Source: Deltaproteobacteria bacterium
GTDB taxonomy: Bacteria > Desulfobacterota > Desulfuromonadia > Desulfuromonadales > Geopsychrobacteraceae
Length of the DNA: 47,193 nt
Direction: 5' to 3'
NCBI GenBank assembly: GCA_026193235.1
Contig: JAPHSA010000045.1
Coordinates: 1-47,193 of the forward strand
Under the pieces are notes generated by a model that made no database searches, had not been told where the DNA came from, and was given only the letters and a program-made list of their open reading frames with translations. Below, piece by piece: positions 1 to 8,425 of the stretch; positions within the stretch are counted from its first letter, which is position 1, and each line of letters begins with the position of its first letter. The translations under genes and the position numbers were made by a program.

Positions 1-829
1 CCCATTCCAGGTTTAAATCACCACTTTTTTCAGTAATTTCTGAAACCGCAAGGATTTCAAGATCGTCAATAATGCGGTTGCCGTTGCTGTCCGCCCAGTG
101 CAAGGGCTTAACCTGTAAGCGCCCCGTGGTTTCCAGAGCAACCGCAGAGTGTTGCCCATCCGGATTAGCAATAACTTCACCTACAATCTTGAGTTCGGTA
201 TCAGCAGGATTTTCCAGTGCGACTTCAAGGAGATAATAAACATTAAACGCTTGAGCCGGGCTCCTGAATATCCAGCGCGCTCCAGCGGCCCGAGTCTCAA
301 CACTTGAAGCCACGGGTTCGGACTCAATCAAGCGCCAACCAGCTGGAAACTTTTCTTTTAAAATCATTCCTTTAAGCGGTTTTTCACTGACAATCTGGAC
401 TTGAATCAGTATCCGGCTGCCTGGTGCGGCATATTCTGGGACAATGCGTCTAGCCTGTAAAACAGGTACGGCAGGAGAACTGTATTGCTGTAACAGAAAC
501 AGGAAGACAGCCAAGACAACTGTGCCGAGAACAAGGAGATAAACCAGGTTCTTCTTAACTGTTGTCCCAGAAGAGATGTCGTCAAGAGACACATCCAAGG
601 AAGATTCTTTTTTTAGAATCTCCTCAAGTTCCACTTCTAAAGATTCTGCTAATTTTAATGCGTTATCACGACGGATAGTTGGATAACGGTTATTCTCCCA
701 ACGCGAAACGGTGTCCGTCGTCACGCCGACAACCTTCGCCACATAGAGTTGTGTTAAACGCTTCTCTTCCCTTATTTTGCGAACGCTAAGTCCATCTATG
801 GCAACAGATTGAGATTGTAGTGATTCCAT
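1..829 (-). CDS. XRE-family helix-turn-helix, single-pass membrane protein with extracytoplasmic C-terminal domain (3' end runs off the window)
   Basis: Absent from the supplied ORF track because no stop lies in the window. Manual translation from ATG 829..827 gives MESLQSQSVAIDGLSVRKIREEKRLTQLYVAKVVGVTTDTVSRWENNRYPTIRRDNALKLAESLEVELEEIL, a Cro/C1-type HTH. A hydrophobic span LVYLLVLGTVVLAVFLFLL follows at aa 94-112. There are 276 open codons with no stop down to position 2. Confidence 0.8.
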   Translation of the reverse strand, partial: MESLQSQSVAIDGLSVRKIREEKRLTQLYVAKVVGVTTDTVSRWENNRYPTIRRDNALKLAESLEVELEEILKKESSLDVSLDDISSGTTVKKNLVYLLVLGTVVLAVFLFLLQQYSSPAVPVLQARRIVPEYAAPGSRILIQVQIVSEKPLKGMILKEKFPAGWRLIESEPVASSVETRAAGARWIFRSPAQAFNVYYLLEVALENPADTELKIVGEVIANPDGQHSAVALETTGRLQVKPLHWADSNGNRIIDDLEILAVSEITEKSGDLNLEW

Positions 830-1083
830 AACAACCCTTGAAAAACAAATAGTTTTAAGAGTCTAGCAGAGTGCATGCAACGCTGTAAATAATCGAATTT
901 CAGCCAACTCACCTATCAAATTGTTTTTCCCATGGCCCCACATAACTTACTAAAATCATATAGATTGAAATCGACATCTGCCGACATCCTACGCGATGTC
1001 TGATGAAATGCCTCTAAAAATATGAAATATTCCAAACATCGAGCTTGCGGATTGAAAACACACAAACAAAGGAGGATTAACAA

Positions 1084-1404
1084 ATGAAAAAGCTTCTGAC
1101 TCTATGCGTTACTCTGATTTTAGTCTCTTCAGTCGCCACGGTCGTCATTGCCACAACAAACGGCCCCCCAGAGATCAAGTTCACGCCCAAAATGGGCACT
1201 GTCACACTTGATCACACAGCCCATCAAGCCTTGACCGATTGTGCAACATGCCACCACACCGGTGAATATGCGCAGTGTAAAAGCTGTCATGGCGTCGACC
1301 CAAATGCGCCGGCAGCAAAGGTTGCTTTTCACAATTTATGCAAAGACTGCCATAAGGAAATGAACAAAGGTCCGTCAAAATGTAAGGAATGTCACGTCAA
1401 ATAA
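1084..1404 (+). CDS. small periplasmic tetrahaem cytochrome c (c7/c3 family)
   Basis: GGAGG at 1071-1075, 8 nt before the ATG. Signal peptide MKKLLTLCVTLILVSSVATVVIA. Four CXXCH motifs: CATCH, CKSCH, CKDCH, CKECH. The C-terminal CKDCHKEMNKGPSKCKECHVK closely resembles the end of Geobacter PpcA-type c7 cytochromes. Confidence 0.93.
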   Translation: MKKLLTLCVTLILVSSVATVVIATTNGPPEIKFTPKMGTVTLDHTAHQALTDCATCHHTGEYAQCKSCHGVDPNAPAAKVAFHNLCKDCHKEMNKGPSKCKECHVK

Positions 1405-1432
1405 ACTGAGGCATCACTCCGTTTCTCAGTAA

Positions 1433-1462
1433 GGGCAGACTTAATAGAAGTCTGCCCTTTTT
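1433..1462 (+). terminator. intrinsic terminator after the cytochrome gene
   Basis: Stem GGGCAGACTT (1433-1442) pairs with AAGTCTGCCC (1448-1457), followed by TTTTT. Confidence 0.8.
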
Positions 1463-1500
1463 ACACTGTAAAAATTTTTATATTATTTTTATTTATTTAG

Positions 1501-1528
1501 TTGACTTTAATTTTAATTCACTTATAAT
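1501..1528 (+). promoter_or_regulatory. near-consensus sigma70-type promoter with A/T-rich upstream element
   Basis: TTGACT (1501-1506), 16-nt spacer, TATAAT (1523-1528). Preceded by a ~50-nt A/T tract (1463-1500). Confidence 0.55.
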
Positions 1529-1568
1529 AGCTTCAAAGGTAAGAAAGCTCTCTCTCAAGAAAGTTTTT

Positions 1569-1606
1569 GCCCCGTGTTCTCCCTCCTGACGCGGGGCTAT
1601 TTTTTT
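1569..1606 (+). terminator. terminator-like hairpin in the leader between the promoter and the next CDS (attenuator or 3' end of a small RNA)
   Basis: GCCCCG (1569-1574) pairs with CGGGGC (1592-1597). The 17-nt loop is TGTTCTCCCTCCTGACG, followed by TATTTTTTT. Confidence 0.5.
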
Positions 1607-1677
1607 ACCCCTTCCCCTTGTCTCAGACTTCTCACTTATCGATAATAAAGTTAACTCTTATTGATCATGGAGAAGTA

Positions 1678-3759
1678 ATGTCAGAAAAAAAAACTAAGCC
1701 ACTGAACCATCTGCAGCATGAGAAAAGCCCCTATCTGCTTCAACATGTACATAATCCTGTTGACTGGTATCCCTGGGGCGATGAAGCTCTCAACAGAGCG
1801 CAAACAGAAAATAAGCCGATCTTTGTCTCCATCGGCTATTCCACCTGTCACTGGTGTCACGTTATGGCGCATGAATCATTTGAAGACAACCAGGTAGCAA
1901 ATAAACTGAACCAAAATTTCGTTTCCATTAAAGTTGACCGTGAAGAGCGTCCCGACATAGACGCCGGCTTCATGCATGCCTGTCAGTTAATGAACGGTCA
2001 CGGTGGATGGCCGTTAAACCTGTTTCTGACTCCTGCCGGAAAACCCTTCTATGCGCTTACCTATGCGCCGACGCATACCCAGGGGCAGCACCCCGGATTT
2101 CTTGAAATCATAGATAAAATTGCCGAACTTTGGGAAAGACAACCAAACAACCTGATTCATGCAGGACAACAGTTGGCGACAGCTATTCAGGAGATGGAAT
2201 TCCACTCAAACGAGGAAGACCTTAAAGAGGACATACTTCTCAGAGCTGCAGATAACTATCGAAAGCTCTATGATCAAGAGCATGCGGGATTCGGTCAACC
2301 ACCCAAATTTCCTCAGCCACATAATCCGGCTCTCCTCATAAGACTTGCGCAACGGTTTGCTGATCCCAGCCTAGAGCAGATGGCCCTGCAGACGTTAAGA
2401 AACATTGATCAGGGGGGGATTACGGATCAAATCGGTGGTGGAATGCACCGTTATTCCGTTGATGAGCGCTGGCTAGTGCCTCATTTTGAAAAAATGCTCT
2501 ATGATCAAGCCTTAATCGGCGATGCCTATCTCGATGCCTGGCAAACCACCGACGACAGCTACTATAAATATGCTGCTGAAAACATATGTGATTATGTTTT
2601 ACGGGAGCTACAACACCCGGGTGGAGGTTTCTACTGTGGTGAAGATGCAGATTCCGAAGGAATTGAGGGGACCTATTATCTCTGGACCCTAGAGGAACTT
2701 GAAACATGTTTAAAAAACAGTGAAAAAGATATTTTTTCAGATATTTACAATTTAACAGCTCAAGGAAATTTTGAAGGAAAAAACATTCCTCACCGCGTCC
2801 TGCCACTCCGTCATTTCGCTAAAAAATACCAGCTGAGTGAAGTTGAATTAAGCAATCAGCTAGAAAAAATGAAATCCAAATTACTTTTGGTGCGCAACCA
2901 ACGCCCTCACCCACACCTGGATGTTAAAATTCTCACTGGATGGAATGGGTTGATGATTGCGACCTTGGCACGCGCAGGTTTCTTAATGAAACGTGCTGAC
3001 TATCTTGCAGCAGCTAGAAATGCGCTCGGCTTTATCCGCCAGAACCTCCTGATTCAGGGGAAGCTAAAACGCCGCTACTGTGCCGGAGAAACCTCAATCG
3101 CTGCGTTTCACGAAGACTACGCTTACCTGATTCGTGGGCTAATTGAGCTTTTCCTTGCTGATTCTAACCCGGAAGATCTTGAGCTTGCCCTCATATTAAC
3201 AGACAGCTGTGATCAATTATTCGCAGATGGCGAGGGAGGTTTTTATGATGCGACAGCGGCGTTCTCTGAGGGGATGGGCCGTGGGCGCAATAAGCAGGAT
3301 GGCGCTGTCCCGGCTGCAGCCTCAGTAACGGCTCACAATCTGATTCGCTTGGCAAGATTGACGGGGGAAAACGGGTTAGAGGAACAGGCTCGTAAACTAC
3401 TGAGACTCCATCTCTCCCACGCAGATCAGCATCCAACAGCTTTTGCTTTGCTTTTACAGGCGCTTGACCTGACCCTCTCAGACCAGCTCAGCTTGCTCAT
3501 CGTCACTCCCAATCACAAAGCCACGGAGGAGTGGCTGGTATTGACTCGGCAGTTCCGCCCGCAAATGACAACAATTATAACCAGCGAACCACAAAAACTT
3601 TCTACAATTTTACCTTCCATAGCCGGCAGAAGGGCTATAGAAGAACAGACTACGGCCTGGTTCTGTAGCGCAAAAAGTTGCCTGGAGCCCGTAACCCAGC
3701 CGCAAGAACTGAAACAGTTACTCGCAAACTATGCCCCCTTAAAAACTTTCAGCAAATGA
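1678..3759 (+). CDS. thioredoxin-domain protein, DUF255 / YyaL family (N-terminal thioredoxin-like domain plus six-hairpin glycosidase-like domain)
   Basis: [57 protein letters not shown] is the hallmark DUF255 N-terminus. I start at ATG 1678 (GGAGA 6 nt upstream) rather than the TTG at 1567 used by the ORF track. Confidence 0.9.
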   Translation: MSEKKTKPLNHLQHEKSPYLLQHVHNPVDWYPWGDEALNRAQTENKPIFVSIGYSTCHWCHVMAHESFEDNQVANKLNQNFVSIKVDREERPDIDAGFMHACQLMNGHGGWPLNLFLTPAGKPFYALTYAPTHTQGQHPGFLEIIDKIAELWERQPNNLIHAGQQLATAIQEMEFHSNEEDLKEDILLRAADNYRKLYDQEHAGFGQPPKFPQPHNPALLIRLAQRFADPSLEQMALQTLRNIDQGGITDQIGGGMHRYSVDERWLVPHFEKMLYDQALIGDAYLDAWQTTDDSYYKYAAENICDYVLRELQHPGGGFYCGEDADSEGIEGTYYLWTLEELETCLKNSEKDIFSDIYNLTAQGNFEGKNIPHRVLPLRHFAKKYQLSEVELSNQLEKMKSKLLLVRNQRPHPHLDVKILTGWNGLMIATLARAGFLMKRADYLAAARNALGFIRQNLLIQGKLKRRYCAGETSIAAFHEDYAYLIRGLIELFLADSNPEDLELALILTDSCDQLFADGEGGFYDATAAFSEGMGRGRNKQDGAVPAAASVTAHNLIRLARLTGENGLEEQARKLLRLHLSHADQHPTAFALLLQALDLTLSDQLSLLIVTPNHKATEEWLVLTRQFRPQMTTIITSEPQKLSTILPSIAGRRAIEEQTTAWFCSAKSCLEPVTQPQELKQLLANYAPLKTFSK

Positions 3760-5384
3760 GGCACTAATTGTTTTTTGCGAGAGAGAACGCCCTTCAAACG
3801 ATAAAGGTTTTCCGCTTCTTGCGGATAACCAATAATAAAAGGCAATTCGTTTGGCCCTGCGGTTACCAGCAAACTGGTCTCCATGACGATATCAGTGACT
3901 AATAAAGCAGCCAATTCATAACTTTTCTCTTCGCGTATTCTTTTCAACTCAGCCGTTAATTCCTCCTGGCGTTGATAAAAAGTATGGAAATTAACCACTT
4001 CAACCTGACCCAGGCCAAGGACATGATCATTCACTTGGTATTCTTTAAAATCTGTCAATATCAATTTTCGCGCTGGCGTACCACTGGCCATTGGGCTGCC
4101 GGCAGAAAAGAGCTGTGAACCAAAATGCTGATGCTCTAACCCTGAAAGCCCTTCCAACCAGGGAACCAACTGACGATCAACCGTTGTTGCCGTCGGTGAT
4201 TTCAAGATAACCGTATCGGACAGCAAACCCGCCAGAAGCAATCCGGCAATTTTCTTTTCCGGGGTGATACCAGCTTGCTGATAGAGCGTAGATACCAGTG
4301 AGCAGGTACTGCCGAGGGGTTGGTTAATGAACCTTATTGGCAAATCCGTATGAAAATTACCCAGGCGATGATGGTCAATAACTTCCATAATTTCAACCTT
4401 TTCCGCCCCGGGGACAGCTTGAGAAAGCTCATTATGATCAACCAGAATCAACTTCACGGGGGAAGCCTTAATTAGATGGCTTTTCGTGGCAATTCCCACG
4501 ACCCTGCCGTCTGCGGAACTGACAATGGCACCTGCCTGCTTTCCATGAACCAGTTTAATCCGCAAGTCCTCTACCAGGTCGTTTGGTTTGACGACCATAA
4601 AGTCACTGTCAATCAGTGACCCAACCGGCATCGCCATACGGGTCAGCCAGACAGTGTTTGCCGTGTCATATTGACTGACAAGGATAGAAACGCCTTTCCT
4701 TTGTGCTTCATCAAGTAAATCTTCCTCAACAATTGAGTTTCCCGTAACAATTAATAAACGTACGCCTGCTTCGACGGCAATTTTCTGGATACTAGGACGA
4801 TCTCCCGTTATCAAAATCGTCCGCTCGGGGATAATTTCATTCATCCAGAGCCGAAAGCTGGCTTCACGGCGCGCGCCAACGTAAAGGTCTAATTCTTCGA
4901 TTTTATCCGGTGTGACTAGCGCATGGGCTTTTGCCCCGAGACAACTTTGGATTGAATTTAACGATGCCCGTACCCGCCGCAGTTTTTCTGGCTCTGCTGG
5001 AATCAGAAAAAACTCCGTCATCTGCTTAAGCACCAACAATCCTTTGGCAAGACCGCCATCATCAACAACAGGCAGCATCCTGATATGATGCTCATGATAC
5101 AACTCAATGGCCTTAGACATCGGTTCAGACTCATGGATTGAGATAACTTTTTCCGTTACAACGTCTTTTATGCGCGGATGAACGTCGGAAAGAAGCTCCG
5201 GCATCTCAACATCCAGATGATCAAGGATAAACTGGGTTTGATGATTAACATTTCCAGCCCGGGCAGGCTTAACTCCCTGAAGACCCTGAAGACGCCTTAA
5301 CTCGGCATAGGCGATTGCACTACAAATGGAATCCGTATCGGGGTTGCGGTGGCCGATAACAAATATTTTTGCCTGATCTGACAT
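3729..5384 (-). CDS. ppaC: CBS-domain-containing family II (DHH) inorganic pyrophosphatase with DRTGG insert and DHHA2 domain
   Basis: N-terminal [21 protein letters not shown] (DHH motif I). CBS pair and DRTGG-like [11 protein letters not shown] in the middle. LVDHNE and DHHRLG motifs, and a C-terminal DHHA2-like region. GAGGGAG lies upstream of the ATG. Confidence 0.88.
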   Translation of the reverse strand: MSDQAKIFVIGHRNPDTDSICSAIAYAELRRLQGLQGVKPARAGNVNHQTQFILDHLDVEMPELLSDVHPRIKDVVTEKVISIHESEPMSKAIELYHEHHIRMLPVVDDGGLAKGLLVLKQMTEFFLIPAEPEKLRRVRASLNSIQSCLGAKAHALVTPDKIEELDLYVGARREASFRLWMNEIIPERTILITGDRPSIQKIAVEAGVRLLIVTGNSIVEEDLLDEAQRKGVSILVSQYDTANTVWLTRMAMPVGSLIDSDFMVVKPNDLVEDLRIKLVHGKQAGAIVSSADGRVVGIATKSHLIKASPVKLILVDHNELSQAVPGAEKVEIMEVIDHHRLGNFHTDLPIRFINQPLGSTCSLVSTLYQQAGITPEKKIAGLLLAGLLSDTVILKSPTATTVDRQLVPWLEGLSGLEHQHFGSQLFSAGSPMASGTPARKLILTDFKEYQVNDHVLGLGQVEVVNFHTFYQRQEELTAELKRIREEKSYELAALLVTDIVMETSLLVTAGPNELPFIIGYPQEAENLYRLKGVLSRKKQLVPHLLKVFKGA

Positions 5385-5394
5385 ATCAACTCCC

Positions 5395-6213
5395 TCACTT
5401 CTTTTTTACATGCAGTCTACGGAGTATCCCCCGAACATCCCCCAGGCCGATAACATTTTTGATGATACCCTTCTGCGGTCTCATGGCTGCATCAAAACTC
5501 GCCAGGATATCTCTTCCTTTGGTGCCAAAAACTGATGGATCAACTAAAATGCGGGTCTGAACTGGATCGTTGGCAAAAAACTTTTTATCTTTACGATCCT
5601 TCTTAATGAGAGGTTCAATAATAATATCTTGCGGACCCTTGCGATGAAATGTGGGGATAAGGATACGTTCTTCCCCGACTGCGCCAAAATAGCCCAGGCG
5701 CAAGTTATACAATGCGCTCAATATATCAAAGAGAGGCTTATCTATCTCCATGTCGAATAACTGATCAGTATATGGCCGGCCATTCTTAATTTTTTGATAT
5801 CGGACCTCAGCCTTTTTGTAATCAAAGCTGTACTTCGTTATTTTTTCACTACGTGATCGTCCTCTGCCACGCACAGTATGAGAACTGTGCCAGAGAGGAA
5901 GTAACAGGCCATCAGCACCAATCTGCATTAACGTTTGAAACTTTTCGAGCCTATCCCGGGTAAATAAAGCAGCCAAGCCCAGCGTCCGCGCCTGCATTAT
6001 TATTAAAAAGGTTGCTGGATCCTCACCTTCAGTCAGCGTTATTGAGCCTTCAGCCAAACGATCAAACCAAAGAAACGAAATATCATAATCAAGCTGTTCA
6101 TTCAAAAGGGCATAGATCGGGTGTGTCATTTGGGTGGGATTCTGCGCATACACCGGTCCAGGAAAAGACAGTGAACAGAATATAAATGATGTTAGCAGCA
6201 ACATTTTGAACAT
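5395..6213 (-). CDS. secreted DUF3108-like protein
   Basis: Signal peptide MFKMLLLTSFIFCSLSFPGPVYAQ. Length and pattern resemble DUF3108 by memory. Ends 10 nt upstream of the pyrophosphatase gene on the same strand. Start ATG 6213 is preferred over TTG 6216. Confidence 0.65.
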   Translation of the reverse strand: MFKMLLLTSFIFCSLSFPGPVYAQNPTQMTHPIYALLNEQLDYDISFLWFDRLAEGSITLTEGEDPATFLIIMQARTLGLAALFTRDRLEKFQTLMQIGADGLLLPLWHSSHTVRGRGRSRSEKITKYSFDYKKAEVRYQKIKNGRPYTDQLFDMEIDKPLFDILSALYNLRLGYFGAVGEERILIPTFHRKGPQDIIIEPLIKKDRKDKKFFANDPVQTRILVDPSVFGTKGRDILASFDAAMRPQKGIIKNVIGLGDVRGILRRLHVKKK

Positions 6214-6308
6214 CAATAAAGACCTTCAGATCCAGTCAACGAGCTAAAAGCATAGTCAGATCAATAAAATAGTCAACAACCAAGAAATTTATTTCTAAAA
6301 TCTATTTC

Positions 6309-6337
6309 TTGACGTCAATAGTTCTTACCTTTAATAT
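6309..6337 (+). promoter_or_regulatory. sigma70-type promoter for the ArsR-family gene
   Basis: TTGACG (6309-6314), 17 nt, TAATAT (6332-6337). Confidence 0.45.
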
Positions 6338-6370
6338 CCATATATACAAAATATCATTGGAGGACCTATC

Positions 6371-6688
6371 ATGAATGTCGTCACTGAAAACATGCCGTTT
6401 GACACTGAGCAAGACTACGAGCGGGAATCTGAGATTCTAAAAGTCCTCGGTCATCCTATCCGTCTAAAAATCGTAGCGGGACTGATGTCACAGTCCTGTA
6501 ATGTGAAAAAAATCTGGGAATGCCTTTCACTTCCACAAGCGACAGTCTCGCAACATCTCGCTCTATTAAAAAACAAAGATATTATTACCGGACGCCGTGA
6601 AGGGGTTGAAGTTTATTATCAGGTCACATCACCAGAAGCGATGCGCATCGTTGTGGCAATATTTGGAGACTCAATCTCCTGCAGTTGA
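6371..6688 (+). CDS. ArsR/SmtB-family metalloregulator-type transcriptional repressor
   Basis: ILKVLGHPIRLKIVAGLMSQSCNVKKIWECLSLPQATVSQHLALLKNKDII is a winged HTH of the ArsR family. GGAGGA RBS. Confidence 0.9.
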   Translation: MNVVTENMPFDTEQDYERESEILKVLGHPIRLKIVAGLMSQSCNVKKIWECLSLPQATVSQHLALLKNKDIITGRREGVEVYYQVTSPEAMRIVVAIFGDSISCS

Positions 6689-6705
6689 TCTTTCATTTTT
6701 CACAT

Positions 6706-6743
6706 AAAAAAACGGCCGCTCGATCAGAACGGCCGTTTTTTTT
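6706..6743. terminator. bidirectional intrinsic terminator shared by convergent ArsR and tautomerase genes
   Basis: AAAAAAACGGCCG (6706-6718) pairs with CGGCCGTTTTTTTT (6730-6743). The A-run and T-run give a U-tract on both strands. Confidence 0.8.
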
Positions 6744-6763
6744 ATTTAAAATCCATGTCAGGG

Positions 6764-6961
6764 CTACTTCCCTGAACGAATCGCCGCTACAGTTTTTCCG
6801 CGAATTCCCCAGTTTTCTGCGGGGACTTCCTCAATAATGACATGGGTTGCCTCCGGATTTTTACCCAGAACCTCTTTCATTGCCACAGTTATGCGATCCA
6901 TCAACTCTTCTTTTTTGTCTGCGCTGATTCCCTCAACAGTACGAACAGTAACTACCGGCAT
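6764..6961 (-). CDS. 4-oxalocrotonate tautomerase family enzyme
   Basis: MPVVTVRTVEGISADKKEELMDRITVAMKEVLGKNPEATHVIIEEVPAENWGIRG has the catalytic Pro1 after Met. AGGAGG lies 7 nt upstream of ATG 6961. The track start at 6967 is a TTG two codons upstream. Confidence 0.88.
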   Translation of the reverse strand: MPVVTVRTVEGISADKKEELMDRITVAMKEVLGKNPEATHVIIEEVPAENWGIRGKTVAAIRSGK

Positions 6962-7107
6962 TTTCAACCTCCTTTAAAAGTACCTATCAACGAGAACTCA
7001 GTATAGCCTGTGAAAAAAAAGAATCAATAGTCAAATTATTTACACTTCGACTCTTCTGCGCTAGAATTCTGCGCCTATTAGAGACATTCAACATCGATGG
7101 AGAGCAT

Positions 7108-7410
7108 ATGAACCTAGAAATTGAAGATTTTGAGCTGACCCCGGAAACAACCTGGATACGCGGCTATTGGATTGATCTCGGCAGCAAAGTTGAAAAGGAT
7201 TCGGGTTGGATAAGGATTGAATGGCTCTTACAAAACCGGTTAGACCTCCTCCTACAAAAAGATAATAAAATCGGCGCTCTTTATAAAAATCCAGTGGATG
7301 AGACACTCTGGCATTTCTACCCTGTAGCACCAGACATGCAAAACGGTGGTCCGCCAGCCTTGGAGCTTATTGATAAAGATAAAGCGATGGAGCTCTTCGG
7401 TGAATTTTGA
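7108..7410 (+). CDS. small cytoplasmic protein, Imm27-like (polymorphic-toxin immunity protein family) by motif recollection
   Basis: GGAGAG RBS at 7099-7104. 100 aa. IRIEWLLQNRL...GALYKNPVDETLWHFYPVAPDMQNGGPPALELI matches my memory of the Imm27 pattern (conserved W, LY-x-P-x-D, W-x-x-YP, GGxP). Not database-checked. Confidence 0.6.
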   Translation: MNLEIEDFELTPETTWIRGYWIDLGSKVEKDSGWIRIEWLLQNRLDLLLQKDNKIGALYKNPVDETLWHFYPVAPDMQNGGPPALELIDKDKAMELFGEF

Positions 7411-7422
7411 CCAGATTAAGAG

Positions 7423-8322
7423 TCAATCGAATTGATAATGTAAAACATTAAGCCCCTTATCGCTGCTGATTTCAGGAAAGTTCTCACCAGCTCGAATTGT
7501 TCTCAGCAGCTGTGCCTGAGGACAGTAGTTACTGAACAATGCCTGCAGATCATTCGGTGACAGATGTGGACTGCTCAAGCAAGCCATCAGTTCACCTCCA
7601 GGCTGGATCAAAGCAGGGAGTTTCGTCACTAATTTAGACCAATGTTTTTCAGCACAAAAGCTTCTCCCCTGTTCCGCAGGGGGGTCGCAGATAATCAGAT
7701 CAAACGGGGCTAACTTTTTTAAGCGGCTGAAACTACGGAATAATTCAAGACGCAGGAAACTCGCCTTTCTGAGATCCAGATGATTGATTTGATGGTTTAA
7801 TTTTCCCAGCGCAAGTGCGTTTCTGTTCATGTCAAGATTAACCACCTGCCGCGCGTTTCCAGCGATAGCCGCGACAGAGAAACTACAGCTATAGGCAAAC
7901 AGGTTGAGGACATTCTTACCTGGAGCCTGGTCTCTCACCACAGATCGAACCAGAGCCATGTCTGGGAAATAACCCACATTCTGCGCTTTATTCATCAACA
8001 GGCGGTATTTCAAGCCATTCTCAATAGCGTCAACTTCTTCAGGAAGTTCGCCGAAGAGAATCCGGCTAGGGCTGAATTTAAGAAAACGCTCCTGAAGAAT
8101 GACTCCCTTAAGGCCCTTAAGCACGGTGCGCAAGAAATCAACCAACTCAGAGAGCCATAACCGGTCACGCTTTTCATAAAGGGTAATCAGTACAACAGGC
8201 TCAAACCAGTCAATCAGGACATCTTCCAAGCCTGGGAAACAATGCCCTCGGCCATGAAAAAGTCGCACAGATTCAGAAGAGACAAGGAAGCGCCTTTTGA
8301 CTTCAGATTTTAATCTTTCCAT
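7423..8322 (-). CDS. class I SAM-dependent methyltransferase (RlmI/RlmK-like catalytic domain, no PUA domain)
   Basis: VLNLFAYSCSFSVAA (motif I-like) and DLIICDPP (motif IV). 299 aa. Confidence 0.8.
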   Translation of the reverse strand: MERLKSEVKRRFLVSSESVRLFHGRGHCFPGLEDVLIDWFEPVVLITLYEKRDRLWLSELVDFLRTVLKGLKGVILQERFLKFSPSRILFGELPEEVDAIENGLKYRLLMNKAQNVGYFPDMALVRSVVRDQAPGKNVLNLFAYSCSFSVAAIAGNARQVVNLDMNRNALALGKLNHQINHLDLRKASFLRLELFRSFSRLKKLAPFDLIICDPPAEQGRSFCAEKHWSKLVTKLPALIQPGGELMACLSSPHLSPNDLQALFSNYCPQAQLLRTIRAGENFPEISSDKGLNVLHYQFD

Positions 8323-8425
8323 AGGTCATACCAAATAATTGTTTATCCAATCACGTATCATTAACCACTGGAAATTATGTATAAAAAGGGTCATAATAGC
8401 AGAAATTTTGACGGGAGAATGGTCA

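Noticed and set aside
830-1083. Possible c-di-GMP (GEMM-I) riboswitch upstream of the cytochrome gene, as is common in Geobacter.
   Set aside because: I could not find the conserved ACGCAAAGC / GGCAAACC type blocks or the tetraloop-receptor layout on either strand.
1567-1677. Extended TTG start for the DUF255 gene ([18 protein letters not shown]...).
   Set aside because: The extension covers the terminator-like hairpin and has no RBS. The conserved family N-terminus starts after ATG 1678, which has a GGAGA RBS.
2420-2806. Antisense shadow ORFs inside well-supported genes. Examples: 2420..2806, 13290..13643, 13850..14239, 14898..15242, 21320..21715, 25866..26165, 38033..38350, 39196..39639, 44107..44463.
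   Set aside because: Each lies opposite a gene with unmistakable family similarity. They have unusual Arg/Ser/Cys-rich or low-complexity composition and no RBS, as expected of frame shadows.
7088-7330. 80-aa minus-strand ORF opposite the Imm27-like gene.
   Set aside because: It has no RBS and implausible composition, whereas the plus-strand ORF has a GGAGAG RBS and a recognisable motif pattern.
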